Source: Giardia intestinalis (taxonomy: Eukaryota). Taken from it: 64,000 nucleotides of DNA. The notes below the pieces were generated by a model, which ran no database searches, was not told the origin of the DNA, and saw only the letters and a list, made by a program, of their open reading frames with translations. Positions 21,496 to 32,000 of the stretch are shown one piece after another. Positions within the stretch are counted from its first letter, which is position 1; the number at the start of each line of letters is the position of its first letter. The stretch lies in assembly GCA_000002435.2 (NCBI GenBank), contig CM018793.1, one strand, 5' to 3'. The translations under genes and the position numbers were made by a program.

Positions 21496-22614
21496 ATGCT
21501 CCGCGCCGCCGCTGCCGCCTTTGGGCTCGCCCATCGGCCCGTCGCCGTCGTCGGTCGCGACGCCGAGCTCTCCGTCCTGGCTGACGTTCTCTCTCTGGGC
21601 TTCGCCGATGGCACCGCCCACGGCCTTTTCCTCTCGGGAAACCCCGGGACGGGCAAGACCCTCTGTCTGCGCCACGTCTGCAGGCTCTCCCCGTCCCTCC
21701 AGGGTGCCCTGCAAATCTGGATTAACGCAGCCTTGCTGGCTCGTCCGGAACAGGTCTACCAGGAGCTCCACTGTAGAATCTTCTCCCAGTCTCGCCGAAT
21801 GGCTCCCCTGCGCGCCAAGAAAGCCCTCGAGGCCCACTTCCAACGGCAACCGCAGACAAAGCGAAACACTCTCATCGTTATCGACGAGGTTGACCATCTT
21901 CAGTCTAAAAATGACCAGATCTTTTACTTTCTGTACAACACGCTACTTACGGCACCGCACCCACTGCTCTTTGTGTCAATAGCCAATTCCCTGTACTTTC
22001 CCTACACTGACAGGATAGCCTCACGCCTTTCCGGGATCACCAAGTTGGAGTTCCCCGCGTACAGCCCTGAAACCTTCACCTCCATTATTAAGGCGCGTAT
22101 ACAGGAGCTCTCGGCTGAGTATACAGAGGTGAATCAACTTTTCCAAAACGACGCCGTTCTGAAGCTCTTGGTCGGAAGAGTTTTGCACCGCGGAGGAGAT
22201 ATACGAACAGCCTTGCAATTCACCTTTAGAACGATTGCTCGTACTGTGGCAGAGGGGCTAACCACTATCCCTTTACGAATAGTTGATCAAATAACCTGCG
22301 CTGACCTCAGTGAGAGCGCTTTGTGCGCCACTGAATTAACAAAACTAGAACATGCTATACTAAAAACCACTGCCCGAGACAACACTACCATCGGAAGCAT
22401 CATAGAGCTAGGACATGGTGGCCTTGGAATTCAACAGCCCTTGTGTACTAACGAACCTCCAAGTCTTAACTTGATAGAAAGGGCAATTTCACGCCTCTGC
22501 ACATCGGGCCTCATCTTGCGGGAGCCCTCTGCAGATGGCTATAATCACCTCACGGAGTCGGATGAACTGTACAAAAGTACGGACAAGCTTTACATTAACG
22601 TTGTGCTAGACTAA
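21496..22614 (+). CDS. Orc1/Cdc6-family AAA+ ATPase (372 aa)
   Basis: It has Walker A GNPGTGKT, Walker B IVIDEVD and a sensor-2 motif GDIRTAL (GDAR-like). Its size and motif order match Cdc6/Orc1/Orc4-type initiators. Confidence 0.7.
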   Translation: MLRAAAAAFGLAHRPVAVVGRDAELSVLADVLSLGFADGTAHGLFLSGNPGTGKTLCLRHVCRLSPSLQGALQIWINAALLARPEQVYQELHCRIFSQSRRMAPLRAKKALEAHFQRQPQTKRNTLIVIDEVDHLQSKNDQIFYFLYNTLLTAPHPLLFVSIANSLYFPYTDRIASRLSGITKLEFPAYSPETFTSIIKARIQELSAEYTEVNQLFQNDAVLKLLVGRVLHRGGDIRTALQFTFRTIARTVAEGLTTIPLRIVDQITCADLSESALCATELTKLEHAILKTTARDNTTIGSIIELGHGGLGIQQPLCTNEPPSLNLIERAISRLCTSGLILREPSADGYNHLTESDELYKSTDKLYINVVLD

Positions 22615-22620
22615 CTAATC

Positions 22621-24045
22621 TTACTTCTTGTAATCACTGTGCCAAATAAATGCAGAATGCTTACTTACAGCAGGGTTGGATTTGGATCTGTAGATAAGCG
22701 AAGAGGATGCACGAGAGGCGGGTGGAAGAGGCCGAATAGCGGGTACTTGAGACAGAGCTGTAACAGGGCCAAGAACTAGGAGTCTCTGGCTTGCAGCTTC
22801 TTGTTTGAGTTGATCAGTGCTGATAGTCTTGTCGAGACTATGTAGCAGATAACCGCCTATCTGTGCCGCTTCTCCTGACTTGGCTTTTCCAGCAAGCTCG
22901 TTCCTCAACTGTCGCGTAAATATGTTTATCACTTGTTTGTGTCGCTGTCTATTATGCGTCAGAGCTTCATCTTCAGCTCTGTCCTTGTCTAGAACCGAAG
23001 ACCCTCTGACGACTAGGGGATCAGGGTCCCTCCGCTGCTGCTCTAACGCATACTGGGTACTACTGTCTATAACTTCCTTACTGACTTGCAACTGAGAATG
23101 GGATAACATTTGATCCCGCACGTCGTTAGGATTGTAGGATAGTATATCAAGATCTACAAGCTGATCGGGTGTACGAAGCTGTTGAGAGCATACATGCGTT
23201 GGGCTGACTAGTTGTGCAGCCTTTAGCTCTTGTGCGTCAGCTACAATGTCAGAGATGGATACAGCTGTATCTCCTATCCTTATAGAGGCCGCAGGGCTTT
23301 GGTGTATGGACAACTTTGGGAGGTCGTGGAAAACAGCAGAAGAGCACCTGCCCTCCGATTCGTTGCTATGAAGAGCAGATTGTGGATTATCGAGTGCACT
23401 TAAGCGCAGTTGACTGGTTGAGGCGTTGCTCTGATCATTTATTTGAGAGACGATATGGTTCGAGTCGCCGAGAGATACACTCCGATGCTCAAAGTCTGGC
23501 TCCGTTGGCGTAGAGTGAAAATGAAGCAAGAAAGATCCTGTCTCTGGCTTTGGTGGAGCAGTAGCCTGAGCCGCCAACACAACAATAGGGTCTTTTGACA
23601 AAACTAAGGGGTCCACTATTTGTATTCGACTGGAGGCCGGTCCGCTGACTGACAATCTATGGTGCGTGCCTGCATAGTGGGAAGCTCTGGCTTTTAGAAC
23701 ATAGTCATATTGATCTCTATCGCGTAATAAAGTGGACAGTCTGCTACGCTGTTGTATCGCTTGCAGATCCTCACTAAGGCACATGTCTCTTTGAAATGAA
23801 AACTCGGTATCAATGCGGACCTTGGCCATCTTCTCCAGGTAGGAATCTGCCTCCTCTGCAGAGATAATAAATGGAGATGTCTCTAGCTTGCTACGCCTCT
23901 TCTTAGTGGGCTTAATGATGGGAGGCAGGACACCTCCCGTTACGTTGTAGGTGTGCACCTCAAAGCCAACTGACGTTCCTGGCAAATTGTACTGTGTCTG
24001 CCGGACGGGCTGGTGGAGGGAAGGCTTATTGATTCTATTTGCCAT
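22621..24045 (-). CDS. hypothetical protein (474 aa), Ser-rich and low-complexity
   Basis: It is a long ORF. Its stop lies 6 bp from the stop of the convergent Orc1/Cdc6 gene. Confidence 0.5.
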   Translation of the reverse strand: MANRINKPSLHQPVRQTQYNLPGTSVGFEVHTYNVTGGVLPPIIKPTKKRRSKLETSPFIISAEEADSYLEKMAKVRIDTEFSFQRDMCLSEDLQAIQQRSRLSTLLRDRDQYDYVLKARASHYAGTHHRLSVSGPASSRIQIVDPLVLSKDPIVVLAAQATAPPKPETGSFLLHFHSTPTEPDFEHRSVSLGDSNHIVSQINDQSNASTSQLRLSALDNPQSALHSNESEGRCSSAVFHDLPKLSIHQSPAASIRIGDTAVSISDIVADAQELKAAQLVSPTHVCSQQLRTPDQLVDLDILSYNPNDVRDQMLSHSQLQVSKEVIDSSTQYALEQQRRDPDPLVVRGSSVLDKDRAEDEALTHNRQRHKQVINIFTRQLRNELAGKAKSGEAAQIGGYLLHSLDKTISTDQLKQEAASQRLLVLGPVTALSQVPAIRPLPPASRASSSLIYRSKSNPAVSKHSAFIWHSDYKK

Positions 24046-24105
24046 TACAACAAGGCTTCAAAATTTCATGATGTTTTGGCATGAGACTGTGCTTTTAAAC
24101 TCACA

Positions 24106-24711
24106 ATGTTATTTCAAAGCGAGCTGTTTTTTCGGCACGTGCTTCAGGTAGACAATCTTAAGGCGCGCTCTTGTTCTGAAAACTACCAGCTCTTCCACAA
24201 GCAGTACTCCATTGGAAAATTCCAAGAGTGGTACAAGAAGTGTTGCGGGCGGGACGGACGAGTCGGCCTTATGCGCTTCATGGCCTTATTGGCTGAATTT
24301 TGCGAGCTTTCTGAACACCAAGCAATACAGCTTTTCCACACCTTCGACCTTTATCAAAACGGTAGACTCGATGCAACGGATATCTATTTAATCTTCTCTC
24401 TGGTGATTGCTAATACGTGGAATTTACGGGTGCTCTTCCTTCATCAGCACCATACGAATATAATTCCTTATCTTCAACTGGACACGGGGGACGTTGTGAG
24501 TCTCTCAGAGCTCTTGAATTTGGTTAGCTGTGCAGGCGTGCAGCCCTCCATCGTTGCACGAGTTCTTCAGCATTTGTCCAAGGACTTTGCACTGGAGTCT
24601 GCCAGTATCTCTACCGCTATCAACTTTCTCTTTGCATGCTTCCTCGAGCAAGACAGGCTTGACAGCAAGGGTGAGGTAGGGTACGATTCTATTTACTCTA
24701 AGGTCGCGTAG
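24106..24711 (+). CDS. hypothetical protein (201 aa), possible degenerate EF-hand (DLYQNGRLDATD)
   Basis: It is an ORF. The EF-hand-loop resemblance is weak. Confidence 0.4.
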   Translation: MLFQSELFFRHVLQVDNLKARSCSENYQLFHKQYSIGKFQEWYKKCCGRDGRVGLMRFMALLAEFCELSEHQAIQLFHTFDLYQNGRLDATDIYLIFSLVIANTWNLRVLFLHQHHTNIIPYLQLDTGDVVSLSELLNLVSCAGVQPSIVARVLQHLSKDFALESASISTAINFLFACFLEQDRLDSKGEVGYDSIYSKVA

Positions 24712-24723
24712 TTCCTTTTAGTT

Positions 24724-26679
24724 CTATTTCGGGCAGACTCCTGTGTTGCCCTTGGGCGAAAAGATCTTTATGATAGTCATGACGAAAGAGGTGCTGTTTG
24801 TAATAATGAAGAGTGAAGTGATGGTCCACAAGATGATTTGCCTCTTTAGTGAAACTTTCGGAGGAGTAAATCCTTCCAAAAGCACCTCGTCTGATATCGT
24901 ATGGCTATGGTCGATTGCAACCTGTTCTGTCACAACACGTGTAGAGATGTTGTGAGTTGTCTCCTCTTCCTCTGTGTCTGGCTCAGTGACCTCTTGGACA
25001 CGGTTTCTGTCATGCTCGTATGTCTCAGGAATCGTCTGAAGACGAGATTGTTGTCTTGCGTGTTCAGATTCTAACGAGACGTTGTTTAAAGGGGGTGTCT
25101 CAATCTTGCTTAAATCACTGGCTTCTGGTATCGTCGAGGGAACTCCTTTGAATGGGATGTGAGAGTGTCGATAGGAAGAAAGCCTACGACCACTGCTGGA
25201 CGATGCCCTATCAGCCCTTCCACCGATGGATAGGCGGTCGCTGGTCATACTCATGCGCCTGACAATAGATTCACTCGCCTGACGGACCCGTTCGGTGGCT
25301 CCAGGCCCAAACACGCTAAGAAAGGCAGTTATAGAGTTAGTCCGGTCGCGTATTTTGGCTTCCATGGCGTTTGTTTGCTTCATCTCTGTGTCTGGATCTT
25401 TTCTATGCATGGCTGCGCGCGTAGCTTCCATGTATTCGCGTCTAGCCTTCAGGACGGGTATCTTCAACCCCACAAGAATTGGAAGACCCAGATACAAGAC
25501 AAATCCAAATAGTGACGTGATAATATCGAACACAAGGGTTATTGACGGGACAAAGATGGCCAGAATAGTGAGAAGTAACACAATGATGATTCCTGTGACA
25601 AAAAACAAAACTTTCCCACGCTTCGTTGTCCGATCTGCCTTGACGATATCAAGAAGAATGGCACGGCACGGGAAGAGACAGCAGACAAATGCAGTAAAGA
25701 TAACCAACACGTACAATATGCGCACGGAGAGAACCAGCTTGTCGTTATCACTGAAGTTATTCAGGATGTTATCTTGTCTATAGTTCTCTTGATTGGAACC
25801 ATAGAATGTGGCAGATGTCACATACGCTAACAACATGTATATTGTGATGAGGACAACAGTGGCATATATTGACGTCCGATGTATAATCTTCGTTTTTTCG
25901 CTAATAGATCCCTTCATCTCTGCATAGAGAGACGGGATTGTGGGTATAAGTGTATACAGAGAGAAATAAGATGGAAAGTCTATCAGTACAGACCAAACAT
26001 CGGGCTTATAGGGAATGGGCGGCTCCCGTCTTGTCCAGCCGCCACTGTCATGCGCAAGCTTTCCTTTGATCAACGCCTCAATGCATCGCCCAAGGATGAC
26101 ACTTATCGAAAAGACAACTAATATAAGGGAAAGACTAGAGATCAACGAAAGAATGCCGACGCTACTGACGAACGAAAGGAGCATGAATGCTCCGCCACCC
26201 ACAATAGCGCGTATTATTTTATCTACCTTGTTGGAAGCAGCCACACACTTGATGTACTCGTTGCAGAGGCCCTCATCATATGCCGCCGGCTGATTGCAGG
26301 CCGGAGTCTTTGAAAAGAAGTTATAGATACTGTGAATGTAGTCACTGGATATAACACAGTATGCTACGAGAAAACCGAATATCAAGAACATGGTCGCATA
26401 GCCTACTATTTCCGCTATGACCTTATTCCACGTGACTATGAGAAGACTACGAATAGTGCTGTATCTGGTGTAGGTGCATGCATCAATTATTTGCCGGTAT
26501 CCCCAGAAAGAAAATATAACCGCGAGGGTCATGTATACCGTTGAGAGTGGCCATCCAAGATTACTGAAGCGATTTCCCAAGGCCAGGAGGGATGCACCTA
26601 TGCAGCTACCGATCATCAACATGGTTGTCCCCGCATAGACTCTTTTTTCCTCATTGGGTGTGTAGGTCTGGGTGGTCAT
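24724..26679 (-). CDS. amino-acid transporter family protein (AAAP/SLC38-like), ~11 TM, 651 aa
   Basis: The N-terminal region (MLMIGSCIGASLLALGNRFSNLGW) resembles the Aa_trans signature. There are many hydrophobic helices and a long hydrophilic C-terminal tail. Confidence 0.6.
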   Translation of the reverse strand: MTTQTYTPNEEKRVYAGTTMLMIGSCIGASLLALGNRFSNLGWPLSTVYMTLAVIFSFWGYRQIIDACTYTRYSTIRSLLIVTWNKVIAEIVGYATMFLIFGFLVAYCVISSDYIHSIYNFFSKTPACNQPAAYDEGLCNEYIKCVAASNKVDKIIRAIVGGGAFMLLSFVSSVGILSLISSLSLILVVFSISVILGRCIEALIKGKLAHDSGGWTRREPPIPYKPDVWSVLIDFPSYFSLYTLIPTIPSLYAEMKGSISEKTKIIHRTSIYATVVLITIYMLLAYVTSATFYGSNQENYRQDNILNNFSDNDKLVLSVRILYVLVIFTAFVCCLFPCRAILLDIVKADRTTKRGKVLFFVTGIIIVLLLTILAIFVPSITLVFDIITSLFGFVLYLGLPILVGLKIPVLKARREYMEATRAAMHRKDPDTEMKQTNAMEAKIRDRTNSITAFLSVFGPGATERVRQASESIVRRMSMTSDRLSIGGRADRASSSSGRRLSSYRHSHIPFKGVPSTIPEASDLSKIETPPLNNVSLESEHARQQSRLQTIPETYEHDRNRVQEVTEPDTEEEETTHNISTRVVTEQVAIDHSHTISDEVLLEGFTPPKVSLKRQIILWTITSLFIITNSTSFVMTIIKIFSPKGNTGVCPK

Positions 26680-26879
26680 TGCTTAATTTTTCTCATAATT
26701 TAAGTATCTGCTCTACGGCCATGCAAAGTCATCAAAATGATCACGCCTCAGTCAGCGTCTCCAGCAGCTGTGTGAGTGATTTGGTGCCGGCAGCCACTGA
26801 TTCCTCATCTGGTTCTTTGTCTCTCTCTTTAGTCAATATTATTCAAATTATTTATTGCAATTAATTTTGTATCTTAATT

Positions 26880-28985
26880 TCAATTTATATAGTAAAGCAT
26901 TTGGGGATTGTGGCCAGATATTTTAAAATACCCGTTCTCAACTCCCCATGCCACTAAGTGGTTTATCGCATCTGGCTCTAGACGTGATAGGGCGGCACTA
27001 TGGTTGTTGTCACCAATATACCTATAAATCTGTAACACATCTGTGAGCTGAATGGAGCCGATGCGCTTCATTGTATACACTAGCTCTGCCCTTGCAACTA
27101 GTTCTGTTTGGTTTCGGGACATAGTCCTGACCTTACTCATGTACTGAGATGTGTTTTTACTGCTGTCTAGTGTCTTGCTTTGTGAGCTCAGCTGCACCAT
27201 GTTACCACTTACGCAGAACGTCCGATGGAGCGTTTGCATCACGATCCGTAACTTCTTCTCTGCCTCGCTCCAGTCATAATTCCAGAGATGCTGTATGTGG
27301 CCTATTAACTGTGACAGCTCCAGATGATGCAGGTCCCAAACTAACAGTTCAAAGAGAGACAGCTCGCGCTCCGTGCCCTGAACCATCACAATAAACCTAC
27401 ATTCGTGAGTACATAGTGCGGGCATTCGGGACTTTCCTTTGGTCGTTTTCAGCTTTGATTGCTTAGAAGATGGAGTAGCCATGCTTCTAAAAAGCTCAGC
27501 TATTGGACGGGACAGCGGCAGCCCTAATATCCTATGAATTGGGATCTTTATTTCCTCAGGGATTTGCATACAGCATATGCTACTGTCCAGAATAGGATAA
27601 AGTTCAAGCCATCTTCCCTGTTCGTTGAGGTTACAGAACGCGTCCGATATGCACCCATGTAGGGCAACTAGAATGAGAGTCTCGAACTGGAAGATTGCCT
27701 TCACTATGCTTTTGTTTGAATCCCGAGATAGCGCAAACGAATCCAGAGCAGTCTTGGCTGAAAGGTTGAAGTAACAAGTTACTAGGGAAAGGCAAACAAT
27801 TGTTATTACTGGACTTATAAGTTGATCTTTTGACTTAGTAGATGCAGAAATCAAGTGTTCTATTAAGGTTTGAGCAGAGATTGCATTTGCAACGTCGTAA
27901 CAACTCTCAGTCAATGCAGACCGCAATCGTACAATCAGTTTTCTTATTACATATGAACTTGTTATGGAGCGAGGCACTGAGCCTTCTGTGTCTAGACCGA
28001 AAAGCTTTGCATATGCTTGCATTCCAGTGGATAAGAGTAGCTCACATAATATGATGTACTCGTCTGGATCGTTGAGGACAGGATATTCGCTAAGCATCCT
28101 GATAACTGTATCTAAGGAGGACGTGGAATAAGAAGTGCACAGAGGAATAGACGACACTTGTGTACTCCAGCCACATGTAAATCGCAAGTAAGCAAAGTAG
28201 CTAGCGCCTATATCCTCTAACGCCATCGCAAACTGTGGTAAAAGAGAGTCTTTCCGACTTCTGTTAACAAAGAGAAGAATAATATGTGATGGCCTACATA
28301 GCCAATGTAATGCGCTGGCAAAGAGCTTGAATCTAGCTAACCTCTTAGAAACAGTGTCTGCTCCCCATAGATGTACAGTTGGTTTGACAAATGAAAGTCT
28401 GGCAAAGATGGGCAGATGTAGTATTAAGTTGGCAACAACGAAACTTGCAGGTTTACGGCTATAGAGTACAGAGAGTAGGTCTTCCAGGGGAAAGTGCAGA
28501 GGATTAAGAAATAATGCCCCAGTTAGAATGTGCGTAGAAGCATGGTTCTCATACTTTGGTTGTCTTAGTATCATCAGGGAGTCTTTCACGATGGGGAAAA
28601 GGCGTGCCCAAGCGAGCTGCATGCTGGAAGCACCTAGGAGCTCTGTGAAGTACTGTGCCCGTAGTTCATTAAGCTTTTGGCAGCAGAGGTCAAAATGAGA
28701 GGAAGTATACAACTCCAGATTGGAAGGGTTTAAGAAAAGGTGTTTCAGGACGCATACAATAACGGAGTTAAGAATTGAGGAATGAACAAGAATATCTGTG
28801 TCGCTGGCACCTCTAAGGACGTCAATAGCATTTTCTACCAAACACCTAATGGCATGCATGGTTGCCTTATACTCTGTGGAGCCGGCAATTTCAAGAAGTC
28901 TGTTACTAATATTGTCCAGGACAAACTGAAAGGCTCTGGCAACGGTTGGCAGTGGCCGTAGAGACCAGTGCAGAGCAGGGTTCAT
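26880..28985 (-). CDS. hypothetical protein (701 aa); the C-terminus is weakly reminiscent of a cullin/APC2 winged-helix
   Basis: It is a long ORF. Only a loose pattern similarity at the C-terminus was noted. Confidence 0.45.
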   Translation of the reverse strand: MNPALHWSLRPLPTVARAFQFVLDNISNRLLEIAGSTEYKATMHAIRCLVENAIDVLRGASDTDILVHSSILNSVIVCVLKHLFLNPSNLELYTSSHFDLCCQKLNELRAQYFTELLGASSMQLAWARLFPIVKDSLMILRQPKYENHASTHILTGALFLNPLHFPLEDLLSVLYSRKPASFVVANLILHLPIFARLSFVKPTVHLWGADTVSKRLARFKLFASALHWLCRPSHIILLFVNRSRKDSLLPQFAMALEDIGASYFAYLRFTCGWSTQVSSIPLCTSYSTSSLDTVIRMLSEYPVLNDPDEYIILCELLLSTGMQAYAKLFGLDTEGSVPRSITSSYVIRKLIVRLRSALTESCYDVANAISAQTLIEHLISASTKSKDQLISPVITIVCLSLVTCYFNLSAKTALDSFALSRDSNKSIVKAIFQFETLILVALHGCISDAFCNLNEQGRWLELYPILDSSICCMQIPEEIKIPIHRILGLPLSRPIAELFRSMATPSSKQSKLKTTKGKSRMPALCTHECRFIVMVQGTERELSLFELLVWDLHHLELSQLIGHIQHLWNYDWSEAEKKLRIVMQTLHRTFCVSGNMVQLSSQSKTLDSSKNTSQYMSKVRTMSRNQTELVARAELVYTMKRIGSIQLTDVLQIYRYIGDNNHSAALSRLEPDAINHLVAWGVENGYFKISGHNPQMLYYIN

Positions 28986-29011
28986 CTACTCAGCTAAACT
29001 CCGATTAAAAA

Positions 29012-32000
29012 ATGATTTTGTCCTATTCCAGGAACCTCTACCCCCAATCAACCGGGGAAAAGATCGTCATGGGCATAGATTGGAGCCCCAACTCACAGAA
29101 ATTGGGGGTGCTGACGGCTGATCATTCGCTTTACCTGTTCAACGATCAGGGTGAGCGCCAGGATAAGATCGGACTCAGAAGCACAGAAGTAAAGTCCAGC
29201 AACAAAGACTTCATTCCTCTGTGTGGGACCTTTTCTCCTTGTTCTACGCTGTTCGTCGTTGGCCAGTCAGATAAAGTAGCCTATATCTTCCGATTAGGTC
29301 AGCTCTGGACAGACAAAAAGTCTATCGTAGCGCGCATACCTATGGACGATGCAGTCACAGCGGTTTCTTGGCCTCTTAGTGAAGCTACCTCAGAGTTATC
29401 TCCAATTATTTTCGGCACAGCATCTGGCAACTTATACCTTTATTCCTTTCAGTCCAAGTCAATTCAAGCATTTGTCTCATCTGCATGCTTCGCCTCGTTA
29501 GCGTCTTCCAAGACAACGACCGCTGACAACCAGGCTACACCTCTTTCGCCAATGTCCAGCCCCATCATCAAGATACTGCCCATTCCATCCATGCCTCAAT
29601 GCTTTGTGGCAGTTGCAGAATCAGGCCTAGCTGTCTATGTGGATATAAAGACCCAACAGCTCAGAGCTGCTGCACGACACTCGAAAGCCGTAACTACTGC
29701 CTGCATGATTGCCCAAAAGACGTCTCATGGGCGACACTACCTTGTACTAGCAGATGTAATGTGCAAGGTCACAGTCTATGCAGTGGAGACGTCTGCTGCG
29801 CTTTGTGTGTGTAATATCAAGACTCCACAGAACATTCCTTTCACTGCGTCAACAGCGAGCCCTTCGGGAGGAGGATGCATTGTTGCCAACGCTAGTGGAC
29901 TTCATTTTCTTACACTAGTCAACTCTCAGCCGGTCACGGTCTCGTATGAAGCTTCGTCTTCTGCAGTGACTGTCTACCAGGACTCCGGCAAAGGCTTCCT
30001 TCCTCAAATAACCAGTATTGCATGGCGCCCAGACGTCTCTGTTCTGACTGTGGGGACTTCTCTGGGTAGCGTGGACAACTTCACCCCAACTATTGGAAGC
30101 TACCGCTACTGTGGTGCAGAGGTTGTCAATAGTGCACCCAATCGTGCCACAATTAATATACCACGCTTTAATGGTTCAAAGCGCTTTGCTGCAGGATCCA
30201 TAGACCTTCATGCCTCTATGTCTTCTGAACTGAGGACAGTGAAAGCCTTCCCTAAGCACGACTTCACTTCTTTTGTTCAGAATCCATCCGGTTATAAGTC
30301 TACCAACATATATTTACTTGGCATTGGAGACTCTTCGATTGTTATTTATTCCTTAAACGACGACACTATTAACGAGTTTCGCTACAATGCCTCCCTCACA
30401 GACAAATTCTTCTTTGATGTAGGCGCTTGTAGAACAATGGTGATCTCCAATACATTAGGAGAATTTACAGTTTGCTACTTGACTACACAGTCCGATCCTG
30501 GGTGTACCTTTTATAAGGTGGATATCTATGCAACCATGCGGGGATGTGTGGCCCCGCATGCCTCTGTCATTAGCTGCTATCCTATTTATGAAGATGCAGC
30601 AGGAAGCTTGAACCGGATCAGTAAGATCCGCACTGTTTGTTTAGGTGAAGAGCGCACAGATGTATTAGTTACCGACCTAATGCCACCGGACATGTGCGAT
30701 GATTTTTCCGACCCAATTGTTGTCCTTTTCCGTACAAAGACCTCCAGAGCAGTGGATTGGCTATTCTTTGGTCCAAGTGGCAACGCAGTTCTGCTTCGAG
30801 ACATATCCGGAGGAGTCTCTATCCTTAATATCACAGATTATTCCATTACACAATTAAGCACAAGTGTTGGTAATGGGGTTGTTCAGTGGGCGGACCCCTT
30901 CGACGTTATCGTAGGCCAGGAGTCTCCAGACGCACCACTATATGTATGGTATAATCCCACAGATATAGAGGATGCGCCAGAGATTCTTCAACCCCCTGTT
31001 CCTGTGGACAATGAAAGCTGGTCTTTTAGTTACGTAAAGAGCAACCCTAACAACTTTAGCAAGATCACAGCCGGACATGTCAAGAATATCTCTGTGCAAG
31101 CTATCATGACAACTCCATCAGGTAGACAGACAAGTGTTTCTCTGGACACTAACCTTCTGCTGTTCAACCTACTCCTCGACAAGCATGATATTTTAGGGGC
31201 CTGCCAGCTCTTGTCTGCTTTGCAGGATAACAACGCACGCGTGACAAATCGTAATCTGTGGCAAAAGCTGTGCAGTGTGGCTCTAGATTCATTCAATTTT
31301 ATTGTCGCCAGTCGGTGCTATGCGGCACTGGGTGACCTGCCTCTCTCTATCACCGCAAGAGAAATTCATGAGCGAGTGCAGAACGCAAAGGACGGAGAGG
31401 CCGGAATGACGCACGATCGTATGAATCTCTATTGTCAGGCACAGATAGCACTGCTCAACTCCGACTTGGACAAGTATGATGGCTTGATGATGTCCTGTGG
31501 GCGGATTGATGAGGTCCTCACTCTTTATAAAGAGTTGAATCTATATAGTCGAGCAGAGAAAATATGTCCGGAATCTATGATAAACACCCTTAGGACTGAG
31601 GCAATTCAATGGCTCATCAACTCAGGCCAGATGACTACTGCAGGCATGCTGTTAGCCCAGCGTGGAGACGTGCGTGGGGCTCTAGATCTGTTGATTCAAG
31701 ATAGGTCCTATTTGAGTGCGTTTGAGCTTGCTAAGCGGGCGATGACATCATCTGCAGATCCATCTCTTGCTCCAATAATAGAACTTCTCATCGGCAAGCT
31801 AGAGGATTCACATCACTATAGTCAGGCAGCAGTCTTATGCACGCTTGGCTCCGGAAGGAATCACGAGCGTGCACTAGCTCTGTTTCGAAAGTCACATGCT
31901 TTTGATGAAGCACTCGAACTCGCACGCCAGCATTTGCCTCACGAATGTTTGCCAATAGAGAGAGAGTGGGCAGAGTGGCTCTTTCAAACGGGGCAATACG

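Noticed and set aside
21448-21982. Overlapping alternative-frame ORFs (149 aa minus strand, 172 aa plus strand) at the 5' end of the Orc1/Cdc6-like gene
   Set aside because: The frame starting at 21496 carries the Walker A/B and sensor motifs. The others are Pro/Ser-rich out-of-frame artefacts.
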